Below the pieces are notes generated by a model. The model was not told the origin of the DNA, made no database searches, and saw only the letters and a list, made by a program, of their open reading frames with translations. Shown one piece after another: positions 11,473 to 23,470 of a DNA stretch of 64,000 nucleotides; the stretch's first letter is position 1; each line of letters opens with the position of its first letter. This DNA comes from Octopus sinensis (lineage: Eukaryota): positions 23,572,464 through 23,636,463 of the forward strand of contig NC_043011.1 of NCBI RefSeq assembly GCF_006345805.1, read 5' to 3'. A program made the position numbers and the translations under genes.

Positions 11473-13739
11473 ATTATTTTAATTTTTATTATTATTACAA
11501 TTGTTATTATTTTATTAACATAAGCATCAAACAGATATTCAGGCCTAGTATTACTTGTGTATGGGCAGCCTTAATCTTTAAAAGAAATAAGTAGATACAA
11601 ATAATAATGATGGTTTCAAACTTTGGCACAAGGCCAATAATTTCAGGGGAAGGAGGTTAGTTGATTATATTGACTCCAGTACTTGTCAGGTACTTTATTT
11701 CATTGACCCACAAAGGGACAAAAGACAAAATTAACCATGGCAGGATTTGAACACAGACCGTTAAGTGTCAGAACAAATACTGCAAAGCATTTTTGTCTGA
11801 TACCCTAAAGATCCTGCCAAACCACTGACCTGCCGAGAAACAAAGAAATAATAGGTACAGCACATACATCTAGAAATGTACATATAAACTGTGTATTATT
11901 TCTTTTTCATTCTTGCTTTTGTTATTTTTCATAGTTAGATGTTTATTGTTACATTTTTTAAACTGGAAAATCATTTGAGGGTGGATGCTCATTAAGACAA
12001 TAACCACTTTCAAATTTGTACCAGTTCATTTTCACTAAAATTTATTAAGATTTACATCATCTTCTTTAACTTTTATTTTTTAAGCTTGAGTGAGAAAACA
12101 AAAGTAAATGAGAAGATGATGAAACAAGACCAGGTCAACAAAGTTAAATGTACTATATGAGGAGAGTTTGAAATGGGAAGAAAATGCAGTGCCAGAATTT
12201 CAGATGTATGTATGCATTTTTCTTTAAATAGCTGAATGACCATTCGTTTTGACAGTCATAACAAATCAAGGAAAATTATATTTCAGTAACAAAAATAATA
12301 ACAATAAAAAGAAATGCCTCAACCACAAAACTCAAGCTGAAAAGAAGCAGTTATTCCACAACATAAAAAGACTTCCTTAAATAGAAAAATATTTTGGCAG
12401 AAGCAGCAGCAAATGTAAAAACCAGTTAAGATGAAAATAGAAGTATTCAGAGATTTATAGGTAAGACAAATTTTTACAGGAAATTAGGAACAGTTAGTGC
12501 TGGTATTAACATAAGTAAAATGAAATTTAGAACCAGGAAGAAAAAAACACCAAAAGATGTTAGAATGTGCAGAAGGGGATGAGGTTTAAGACACAGTTTC
12601 CAAGGTGAATTGTTGAAAAACTGTGGAAAGTTGAAGCATGCAAGAATACGCTGAAAAAAGAAATTGTTAAGACTAAGGTACTGGTAAGAAGTAAATGTTA
12701 CAAAAATTAAATAGCATTATAAGATGACTTTGCTAAGTAAGTAGGAACCCAATTCTATATACTCATAGCAAGCTTTGAGTACAGAGGCATCCCAAGAAGA
12801 CATACAGGAAACCAAAGTTTTCCAGTTGCAACAGATGCTCTAGAGTGGTTAGCAGCATGATCAGCTATGAACTGAAGATCATGAAATTTAGACGGTTTAG
12901 TCGGATTCTTTTGTTTTTTATTTAACTGACATAATGTTCAAGGTGGAAGTAACAATGGTGTAATGATTACAAATTAAAGTGAGTAACTGAGGTTCAAAGA
13001 AATGGTATCACTGTTGGAAAGAAAGGGTCTGTTTATCCATATTTCAAGTTTCTGTTGGAAGTGTAATGAGTTATAACAGTGAAACATGAGAAAAAAATGC
13101 AAAGGATCAACAAAGATTCAAAATACCTTGTATATGATCCTATAGATATTAACCCATAAGAAAAGGTAGTTACAAGTTCATTGAGAAAGCAGTTTGCACA
13201 CTAAAGTTTGTTGGCTTAGATGTGCAATGGTTGTTCTTTAATCATAGGTTAGCCCTGATTGAGCAGTTATTTGTTTGATCAAAAGCTTTCCAGCCATGAC
13301 TCTGTCTACTGACCTTGAAGACAGCAGTGTGATCTGAGGGATATTTTTAGCTGGTAAACTGACCACATGGAGCCCCTTTGTGGGTTTAGGTGTGTATTTG
13401 TTTTCTTCATAAGTAAGAGATAATTCCACTCTTATGAACATATATAGAAATGGATGGTTACATTGGAAGGAAGTACTATGGATTGATAATGGACAACATC
13501 CATGACAGAACCAAGTTTCAAAATAAATAGCTTAGTGTAACCTGTGGATGATAGGTCTTACAGAGGTGGTATCAGGGCATCAAAAGACACACGAAGAAAT
13601 GCAGTATCGCATGCCAGACTAATTCATGCCAGCATGGAAAAATGGACATTAAAACAATAGTAATGACGAACTGATGGAGGCTTTGATAAAGTTACCTAAA
13701 AATGGAGTGTATTCTACTAACTACACAAATGAAACTTAC

Positions 13740-13821
13740 CTTTAATTGTTGCCCATCCTCTACCAGGTCCATCTTCATTCACATTTAAAGGAGCAGCTGG
13801 ATCAGTTTTCACATCGAATGC
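13740..13821 (-). CDS. PIP5K1: PIP5K kinase-insert exon (AFDVKTDPAAPLNVNEDGPGRGWATIK), phase 0-1
   Basis: 82 nt, acceptor TTTGTTGTACTCAG, consensus donor AAG|GTAAGT. It supplies exactly the 0-to-1 phase change needed to join the MDYSL exon to the downstream exons. Confidence 0.85.
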
Positions 13822-14265
13822 CTGAGTACAACAAAGCAAAAATTGAATATGAAAAAATTCTCACAAAGGAAACTAACTTTAAAAAAGTCAAATTAAAAAG
13901 AAAGCAAACTGATTGCTACTATAGTATTAAATCTGCTACAGCTGTTGGCATTCACTCCTAGCTGCTGAAGCAAGGAATTATAACATTCAGATTTACTGAC
14001 TTCAACCAATAAGTCTCTCCGGAAAAAGTTAAAACCTGAAAAAAAAACTGGAAAGTAGAACAATATGCAAAAAGAATATGTTGTTTCTGCTTCCTTTCTG
14101 GCTTACATTATATTTTCCATGTGCACAAGAGAATGACTTGCAGCAGAATTGGATTTCATTGTTTTGTAGTCAATAAATTCGTACCTTTACTGACAGAGCC
14201 ACTGAAAAAAAAATCATCACAAAAAAAAATCCTTTAAAGAATACTAAAAATTTGTAATTGCTTGC

Positions 14266-14358
14266 CTTCTCTTTTTCTTTCTCCTTGGCAGCTGCGAGGT
14301 CAAGATTATATATACCAACCAGTAAACTGTAATCCATAATCTTGAAGCTTTCTAACAC
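14266..14358 (-). CDS. PIP5K1: PIP5K type I coding exon with catalytic MDYSL (VLESFKIMDYSLLVGIYNLDLAAAKEKEKEK)
   Basis: Acceptor TTTACAG. MDYSL motif. The 3' end is placed at a GC donor (AAG|GCAAGC); an in-frame GT donor at 14184 is the alternative (see findings). Confidence 0.9.
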
Positions 14359-15489
14359 CTGTAAAGAAAGAAAGATACCTGGATTCAATGTGAAATCAAA
14401 CTTACTCAAATACTCAGTCAGTATTTCAAATACACAACTTTAGCCATCAAGGGCTTATACCCTGATGCTTTCATGGCACTCATTTTCTTGGAAAGAACAG
14501 AAGATGGTAACAACAAATGGAAATCTACTACACCTAACTAGGTTTCTACAATTTGTATCAACAAAACAAACACTTTTTTGTTTTTTAAATAAGCATTTTT
14601 TTTTATAGAGTTTCTAAAAATGTCTGGAAACACAAGGGAACATTCCTAAAATGTTCCCAATCATTCAGAAAACATTTGTAAATTTTCTATATTGTATGCT
14701 TAATCTATCAACTGTAACAGCTAATGTGAGAACTCTTCATAGCAATTTTAATCTGTTGATGCAACAGCCAAATCACCCTCAATAAAACTTCTTGCTATCT
14801 TTAAAATCAAGACCATGGATATGAACCGGAAATATGAAGACAATACAGAGAATTTAGCTAAAACTAGAAGTGAGAGAAAGAGTAAACTATAATGACTATA
14901 GCAGTTTAATTATTTTCCATATTTTTACTTGAAACAGAAAAATTTTTTAAAAAGACAATCTCTAGAAAAGTAGTTAAATACAGAATGCAAGCCATGAAAG
15001 AAATGGAGTTGTGTGCCTTGACCAGATGCATATTTTTGCTTGCCTCAGATTGCTGAACTAAACTACAAGGTCTTGGTTCTACTTCACATTTAGGCGGTTA
15101 GAAAGAGGAACAATATCCAGCTGAAAAAATTCTTAAACAAAGAAACAAAATTAAAAAATTAAACAATAATACCCAGTAAATACGAAAAACAAATTACAAT
15201 TGTAATGGAAAGCATAATAAATAAATTTTTAACTTTTACGCCTGACATTTTGTTCTGTAATATTGCTAATTTCTATTGGCACCACACAAAAATCACCCAC
15301 AAGGAAAATGAAACATCAACCAACTTTTATACTTATTTATTTCAGGAAGACCACAAGATCAGAGCCAAAAAAATAAAATTACCAATCTAATCACCAAATA
15401 ATGTTTAAGATGATAAAGGGTAACAGGGAAAATAGCTTTTGTGTATGGAAGATACACAGGTACAAAAAAAAAAAATGAAAATGTACAGA

Positions 15490-16507
15490 AAATAGACTCC
15501 AACAACTGGGTAAGCTAGAGGTAGTAGGTAGCTTCCATTATCTAGGTACCAAGTTAGTAGTGGGATTGGATGTTCCAAGAGTGTAGCTGTGAAAATAAGA
15601 TTAGGCTGTGCAAAGTTCAGAGAGCTCCTACATCTACTGGCAATAAAAGGCCTCTCTCTCAGAGTGAAAGGCAGACTGCATGATGCCTGTGTGCAAACAG
15701 CTATGCTACACAGCAGTAAAACATGGGATGTAAAAACCAAGGACATGTGAAGGCTTGAAAGAAATGAAGCCAGTATGCTTCACTGAATGTGCAGTGTCAG
15801 TGTGCATGTTCGACAGAGTGTAGCATCTTGAGAAAAAAGTTGGGCATAAGAGGCATCAGATGTGGTGTGCAAGAGATGACTGCGCTGGTATGGTAATGTC
15901 ATGCACATTGACGAGGACAGCTGTATAAAGAAGTGCTGATCTCTAACTGTGAATGGAATCTGTGGTAGAGGTAGACCCAGAAAAAGACATGAGACATGGT
16001 AGTGAAGTATAATCTTCGAACGTTGGGCCTCACAGAGGCAATGACTTGTGACCAAGACCTTGGGAGATATGCTGTACTTGTGAATACCCGTCAAGTCAAA
16101 TGAAATCATAGTTGTGGCTGATGCTGGTGTCACATAACTGGAACCCATGTCAGTGGCATGTAAAATGCACCTTTTGAGCATTGGGCCTCACGGAGGCAAA
16201 GTGGCTGAGCTCCTTTTGAGCGTTGGGCCTCACAGAGGTAATGACTAACACCTTTGGCATTATGTCATACTTGAGAAGAAGACCTATCAAGCCAAGTAAA
16301 ATCACAGTCGTGGCAGATACCAGTGGTACACAAACGGCACCTGTGTTGGTGGCACATAAAAGCACTCATTAGGAAGGACATCCAGCCATAGAAACCATGC
16401 CAATTTAGACTGGAGTCTGGTACAGCCTTCCAGCTTGTCAGTCCTGGTCAAACCATCCAACCCATGCCAGCATGGACAACAGACGTTAAATGATGATGAT
16501 GATGATG
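15490..16507 (+). mobile_element. RTE-clade LINE 3' end with 3' UTR and (GAT)n tail
   Basis: AKFRELLHLL, SLRVKGRLHDACVQTAMLHSSKTW and LRWYG motifs, then a duplicated UTR and acagacgttaaatgatgatgat. Homologous to 830-1600. Confidence 0.88.
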
Positions 16508-16559
16508 AAAAGCAATATTAAACTAATCCAAGGGTATCAGAGCGACAAGAATGGTTTAA

Positions 16560-16777
16560 CCCTTTTGTTACCATATTTTTACTGAAATATATTGCCTTTG
16601 TTTCAGTTAATTTGGAAATAACAAAGAATTTAGTAAAATAACTGTCATTATTAAGTTGGCATCTGGAATGTGAATTAAATAAAATTTTGATGGGATATTT
16701 TAATTCAGATCACTTTAAAACAAGAGGTTTGTATCATAGGAGTAGAGGTGGTCTCAGGAGGGTTGGCATCGAAAGGG
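16560..16777. mobile_element. TTAA-flanked MITE, piggyBac-like
   Basis: TTAA-CCCTTT ... AAAGGG-TTAA (TTAA at 16556-16559 and 16778-16781). Confidence 0.7.
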
Positions 16778-17037
16778 TTAAGTGCCAGACTGACTACCAA
16801 GTTGTATTTAGTTATGCTCCTTCAAAGAGCAATGGATTGACAATTGTTAAAGCACTAGACAAAATATCTCAAATAGTACATTCTGAGTTCAAGCCCTGTC
16901 TTGGTCAACTGTTCTTGTCATCCTTCCATAGTCGAAGAAATAAAATATCAATCGAGCACTGAGCCAATCTAATCGACTACATCCACATCTCAAATGTATG
17001 GTAATGTGCCATTGTAAGAAATTCATTTTAAACTAAC

Positions 17038-17277
17038 CCGGCAATCTCTTTGTATAGTCTTGATCAGAGCATCATATGTTTCTTTTTCGAGTGTGAGGCC
17101 ATCAGGATGGTTGTCCAAAAAATCCAGATCTTTTAATGTGGGACTTTCTTTTGCTCGTTCATGTCGGGACGCTTTCCGTTTGTAAGTGCTACCTTTCAAG
17201 TCATACTTTTCAGTTAATTTGATGGAAGACGGCAGCAGGTTATTCATCACACAAAAACGGATATTTTTACCGGCACA
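17038..17277 (-). CDS. PIP5K1: PIP5K type I coding exon (CAGKNIRFCVMNNLLP...KYDLKGSTYKRKAS...TLKDLDF...TIQRDCR)
   Basis: 240 nt, phase 0-0, acceptor TCTCTTCAG, donor CGG|GTTAGT. DLKGS and KDLDF motifs. Confidence 0.97.
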
Positions 17278-17590
17278 CTGAAGAGAGAAAAAGAGAAAAT
17301 ACAAGGTTGTTACAGCTTGAAATTGTGACGGATAAGATTAAGAGTTTAGATTTTACTGTAGAGACAGGAAATATATAGCTTATAGTTGAACTAAAATGTT
17401 GTCAGTCAGTGACCAAAATTAATTGCAGAGAGGTTGGTTGGTCACAAACCAAGAAGACAGCAGAGGAAATGCTTAAAGCTATAAAAAAAAAAAAAGCAGA
17501 AAGAGAAAAGAAAAAGGAAGAAGAAAATAATATTGATATAGAGTATGATATGGAAGTTTTTTTGTAATATATAACTAAATAATTACTCAC

Positions 17591-17650
17591 TTGATAACAG
17601 TAGAGACCATAAAATTTTGGTAAGAGGGTTCGTGGATTTTGATTTAAATT
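17591..17650 (-). CDS. PIP5K1: PIP5K type I coding exon (NLNQNPRTLLPKFYGLYCYQ)
   Basis: 60 nt, phase 0-0, acceptor TATTTCAG, donor CAA|GTGAGT. Near-invariant type I sequence. Confidence 0.96.
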
Positions 17651-18441
17651 CTGAAATAATATTTTTTTTTAAATTAATTATTAATATTTATTAAGTTTAT
17701 GTGAAATAATTTTTTTGCTGTTTTTTTTTTTAATCAAAATAACAAACAATAACTATATTGTGTTAAATATGATTAAGAAGTTGTAACATTTATGCCTTTC
17801 CCAAAAAATTTTTCAGCATCTGAAATGGATGCTCCACTATAGGCAAAACTACAAACAGTTCAATTAAGGAAGATATATAAATGAGATTGTCTTGAATAAA
17901 TTCTCTCCTTTCTCAAATCAATAAGGTATATTTGGATCAGAAAAAAACAAAGCATCATTGTTAGATGGTAACTGACAGACATTCTGAAAATCAAAACCTT
18001 CTTGGAACAAAGATTTACAATCAAATCTCCTTTTTGTTGATACTAGGAAAAAGATCCAAAATATATCTATGAAGACTAATATTTTTTTTTTTTTTTTTAC
18101 AAAGAAATGGTTGACAGCGACTTTCAAGTTTTCCCTCACTTGCCATCATCAGATTGATAATGGCAAGTAAGCTGAAACTTAAAGCCATGGTCAACTTTTA
18201 CATGCTGACATAAATAAAAATGATACTCTACAGTAAAGTACCAAAAGAACCTTCAGTTCACAGATCAAATGTTTTTATATATAGCTTTACATAAAACAAA
18301 TATTAATATAGAGCCTAATATATATTCATCCTGCTACTGCACAAGGACAATTGTTCTCAAACAACACAGACCCTTCTCTACACTGTAGAGTAATTTTCTA
18401 GAATACGTTGCCAGAGGATTGATAAATCATACATTTCTATT

Positions 18442-18778
18442 AAAGACTAAAGAACCCCTTCGGTCATGAATGACCATGAGATTGCACCTAGAAAGTTACC
18501 CTCTATAGCACAAGTCCAGCCAAGGTTTTTTATGGAAGACCAGCAGTGGCCCATGCATACTAGCCTCCCCTCTCCATGCCACCAATGTTATCCAAGGGAA
18601 AAGCAAAGACCGATACAGCTTGGCACTAGTGACGTCGCAACTCATTTCTACAGCTGAGTTGAACTGAGTAACATGAAAAAGTGTCTTGCTCAAGAACACA
18701 ACAAACAACCCAGTCTGGGAATCAAACACACTACCTCATAAATGTGAGTCCGATGCTCTAACCGTTCAGCTATGCACT
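18442..18778 (-). mobile_element. tRNA-derived SINE family C
   Basis: Reverse complement of 7022-7370; a 5'-truncated copy is at about 26940-27130. Confidence 0.82.
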
Positions 18779-19814
18779 TTCACATACATATCTATTTAGT
18801 GAATGTAAATAACAATAATGCCTTCTCATTTTTGGTACAAGGCCAGCAGTTTTGAGGGGGAAGGAGAAGTTGATTACATTGACCCCAGTGCTCAAATGGT
18901 ATTTATTTTATCAACCCCAAAAGGGTGAAAGGTAAAGTCAACCTCAGCAGCATCTGAACTCAGAACATCAAGCTGGAAGAAATGTCACTAAGCATTTTGC
19001 TGGTTATGTTAATGATTCTGCCAGAGCTTACCACCTTATTATAAATAGTAAAACTGGGGAGAAAAAATGACTGTTTGACAAGAAGCCTTAGCGATGGAGA
19101 AAATTGAAAAAGGTTAATTTTCATGTCTTTCAAAAGAACATTGGTAAGTGCAAATTGTGAAAATGCCTACTAAGTCTCAAACTTTTAAAGGATAGGGCTT
19201 GGTTTGTTTCATGGAGTTAAGTAAATGAGGGTCTGTATGTGATATATTCGCAAAAGAACCAAGCAAATTGAAGCATCTTTGAATAAACTGTTCTGTCTAG
19301 AAACAATATTGCACTCCCGATAAATTTTAACTTAACAGCTTATTTAAGTAGGTAAGCCTATACCATACCTACTTAACCAGGAAACTCCAAAGAGAAACTG
19401 GCAATAAGCTTCAGTTTCAATTCGCTGGAAATTAATTTGAGTAGCTAAGATACCTGTCATAGGGGGAAAAAAACCAAAACCAAACATGATGCAGAGCTCT
19501 AAGCCCTTAAATGAATCTTGAGGAATCAAAACCTATCACACACAATTTCTGCCTTGCCCTCCCATTTTGTTTTTCAATCACCATCTGCATTAGGTTGAAT
19601 GAAATACAAACAGCCACACTACACCACACTCAACTAAACACTAAATGATGAACACCACACTCAACTAAACATTTGAGATGGGATTGAAAACATAGCATAT
19701 CAAGTGTCAATTCTGAGTTACTATCAGGCATGTGACATACTGTCTGCATACCATAGGTATGAAATGTCAAAGAACAATAAAATTAAAAAGAATATTTAAT
19801 GATAATATACAAAC

Positions 19815-19967
19815 CAGATAATAGCCTGGAAGCAATTTTTGTAAAAATTCTGCCTCTTTGTGTTGGACAGTCTTTATGATAAATTCATCATCATCAGTAA
19901 TATAAAATATACTGCCACTAGCTCCAGGGTTACAAAGCTCCTGAAGGGGTTCTGTGCACAATGAGAG
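19815..19967 (-). CDS. PIP5K1: PIP5K type I coding exon with G-loop and ATP-binding Lys ([51 protein letters not shown])
   Basis: 153 nt, phase 0-0, acceptor TTTGTAG, donor CTG|GTTTGT. GASGS and FIIKTV motifs. Confidence 0.97.
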
Positions 19968-20249
19968 CTACAAAGAAAATTAAATCTTTGACAGGTGTAT
20001 ATATATAAATGTCTTTTACAAGTTTTTTTTTAAGAGCTATGTTAAATAAAATGTGTACTAAACATTCTTAATAATTTGGCATAGTAAAAGCTAGATATAA
20101 AAATCTACACTGCTGTCATTACTGCATTTCCTGGCATAGAAGTCAGTGTAGTATATAGTATGAACACGTAGTGTAAACATCCAAACATCGTTGCTATCTT
20201 TCCAAATCTTGCTGCATTTCACATGGAATCTGTCATCCACCAAAGTCAT

Positions 20250-20332
20250 CTTGGTGTATATATCAACCGACCTATTTTGGGTTGTAAATTTTGGTTAGAA
20301 AAATTTGTCTTGTATGCCAGAAAATACAGTAG
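20250..20332 (-). mobile_element. Tc2/pogo-type MITE end fragment
   Basis: The reverse strand reads TACTGTATTTTCTGGCATACAAGAC...CCCAAAATAGGTCGG, resembling Tc2-like TIRs (from memory). Confidence 0.4.
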
Positions 20333-21223
20333 ATATAAACCATTAAATACAGATAAACTCAATTGTCCAGGATGAAAAATCTCTATCGTTACTGATTGTT
20401 CCAGACCATACACACAATATATATATATATATCTCATACACACAAAAAAAAAAATTAACTATGTATCACAGACAATAGTAAAATGTAGCAATTATTAAGA
20501 TTAGTCTAACTTACAGAAATACAAAAAATACCTCGAATGATGAAGACAGAGATGGCTTTATCACAACTCATTTTTCTGTCTTCCAAAGAAACATGGCTGT
20601 ATTTTCACCATATCATCATCACCATCATCATTTATCATGTTTTCCACACTGGCAATATTGGACAGCTTGACAGGAACTGGCAAAGCCAGGGGCTACACCA
20701 GATTTCATAGTCTGTTTTAGCTTGGTTTCTATGGCTGGATGCCCTTCCTAACACCAATCACTCCACAGAGTGTAGTAGGTGTTGTTTATGTGGCACCATT
20801 ACACACACACACACACACACACAACAGGCTTCTTTCAGTTTCCATCTATCAAATCCACTCACAAAGCTTTGGTCCTCAGGTTATAGTAGAAGACGCTTGC
20901 CCAAGATGTCATGCAGTCAGAATGAACCCAAGACCATAGCCCTTTAACCATATAACCATGCCTGCACCCTGAAACAGCCACACCTATGCAAAGTGAATCA
21001 ATTTGTTTTTGTTTTTTGGTCCCCCCCCCCTCAATTCTTTTTAACACTATATAGGGATAAATCTAATCTACTCTTTACAAATCTTATGACTATTAAAATT
21101 CTACTAAAATTACTTTTAAAACATTAGCTTAACTATTTAGTGCAAAATACCCCTTTGCTTGTTTTCACTGAAAAATTACTACAATTCCCAACAGGTAAAA
21201 CAAGGTAAAAATTCTATAGTTAC

Positions 21224-21341
21224 CATGAAATCATCAGCATGGATTCCAAATAGTTCACGGAAATATCGAAACGCTACAGGAGCATACGTCTTGAATCGAA
21301 AATCACTGTAGTGATGAGCTGGTGTAAGATTACTACCTTCA
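21224..21341 (-). CDS. PIP5K1: PIP5K type I coding exon ([40 protein letters not shown]), phase 2-0
   Basis: 118 nt, acceptor TCTTTCAG, donor ATG|GTAACT. Conserved [31 protein letters not shown]. Confidence 0.96.
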
Positions 21342-22529
21342 CTGAAAGAAAAAAAGAGATCAGGAGGTTAATTGAAGACACAAGGTTTTGCAAAAAAACT
21401 GTCATTTGAATTTTTTTTTTTTTTATATTGTAAGAGAATGGACTATAACAAAAAAGAAACTGATTTACTGATCCAAAAATGGATTCCTAATCGTATAGTT
21501 TTCGGCAATGAGCTGGCAGAATCATTAGCACATCAGGCAAAATGCTTAGTGGCATTTTGTCTGTCTTTATGTTCTGGGTTCAAGTTCCACCAAGGCCAAC
21601 TTTACCTTTCATCCTTCAGGGTTAATGAAGTAAGTACTAGTTGATTACTGGGGTTAATATAATCAACTTAGTTAGTTAGTTAGTTAATTTGGCTCAAAAG
21701 CAAATAGCAAGGCCATGTAGGGGGACATGGAGTTAAGTACAGGGTGGTGTTCATGTAAAGAGTTCAGGCCTTCCCTGAAATTCCTGACCTTGTGCCAAAA
21801 TTTGAAATCAATATTAGTCTTTTAATATAGTCCAGTGTCTATCAAAATTGGTTTTATGAAAAATTCCTGAGGCGTGATGAAGATGTCATTTAATTAAAAA
21901 CAAATGGCCCCCTGCACCCCAAGAATGGTATCAACCGTTTTCAAAATGATTAACTTTTGTGTTTTTTATTAAGAACGTGTCTCAGCATGAATTCTACCAT
22001 AAATAATAGCTTATAATAATTTAAAAACCCATTTGATGGCAAAAAAGGGGAAAACATCTTCCGTAACCTTTCAACCTTTGTTTCAAATCTAAGCGGTTAT
22101 TAATTCAATGTATAATGAACTATTATTATATAACTTATATAACTAAATTCAGATTGAGACACATCATTAATATAAGGATACACATCATAGAAGAACAGAG
22201 TAGACTAAGTGGGGCAGGAGCACACACAAGGATGAAAAGCGTCGCTGAAGAGGTCAGAGATGTGTGATGAAAGATTTCTGGAGAATGGACATGAGTCAGA
22301 ATAAGAACAGTAATAAATGAGTAAAGAACAAATATAAAGTGCACCTGTTTATTTGGCAAAAAAAAAAAAAAAATGACCATCCTGAAATACAACAATATTA
22401 ATAAATATTTATTCACATATTTCTCAATGCTTCAACATTCATGTTCTAAACATATATTATTAGGGATTTTTTTTTTTATTTGTTTAATGAATAAATTCTA
22501 TCTCTAAAATAGTCTTTTGTTTCAATTAA

Positions 22530-22747
22530 CCCTTTAGCACTCAGATTTCTTTGTCAATATTGCTTATTTATACACATAGTTTTGAATTAATCATACCTTA
22601 TCTTGTAGCTTTGAGATTTCAATGGTGTATTTGTATATTTGTAGAATGATATTGTAAGGCAAGGGTGAGAGGTTGGATCTGGTCAGTTTTAACAAAAAAC
22701 AGGTAGAATATTTTTACCTGGATATGGCCAGATAAAATGCTTAAGAG
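22530..22747 (+). mobile_element. TTAA-flanked MITE, piggyBac-like (second family)
   Basis: TTAA-CCCTTTAGCA ... TGCTTAAGAG-TTAA; a reverse-complement relative lies at about 54478-54675. Confidence 0.65.
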
Positions 22748-22808
22748 TTAATACCTTACTAAAATCAGGGTAATGAGAGATATCTATAAAATCTAAGCAT
22801 GGGTTCTG

Positions 22809-22840
<32 letters not shown>

Positions 22841-23089
22841 GAAAATGGTATAAGTGCTCTGTTGTAAAATTTTGTGAATCACTGTTCAAGCCAATAAAAA
22901 TTATCATTAGGTAGCAGAGAAAGTATATCACTATTCATCTGAGTTTGTGAAATCAGTTACTGTTGAAATAATTAAACATTTCAAGACTATCAACTGTATC
23001 TTTCATGTACCTTTGTCCTACATTGTTTGATTCTCCATTCACAAGATATGCAGACTTATCCCATGGTTTGGTTTGAACTCAGAGCCTTT

Positions 23090-23470
23090 ATTCTTAATCT
23101 TTATCTTTTACTTGTTTCAATCACTGGACTGTAACCATGATGGGACACTGCCTTGAATGTTTTAGTTGAACAAATTAGACCGGTACTTTTTTTTTTTTAA
23201 ATCTGGTACTTATTCTATCAGTATCTTTTGCTGAACAACTACGTTACAGAGATATAAACAAACCAGTACCAATAATCATGTAGTGAGGAGACACCCACAA
23301 ACACAAGGACATACAGACACACAAATATATACATACTCAATGGGCTTCTACACAGATCCTGTCTACCAAATTCACTTACAAGGCTCTGGTTGGCCCAGAG
23401 TTATAGTAGAAGACACTTGCCAAGGTGCCACATAATGGGACTGAACCCAAACCCATATAGTTGCAAAGTG
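23090..23470 (-). mobile_element. SINE family B
   Basis: Family B tail and head motifs in reverse orientation. Confidence 0.75.

Noticed and set aside
14185-14201. 17-nt microexon TGGCTCTGTCAGTAAAG with a good acceptor and GT donor
   Set aside because: From the phase-0 upstream exon it reads TGG CTC TGT CAG TAA (stop), its output phase does not fit the 13821 exon, and the upstream intron would be only 64 nt.
19930-19940. Cys in [10 protein letters not shown] as an unusual substitution
   Set aside because: From memory vertebrate PIP5K1A has ELCSSGASGS, so Cys at this position is not novel.
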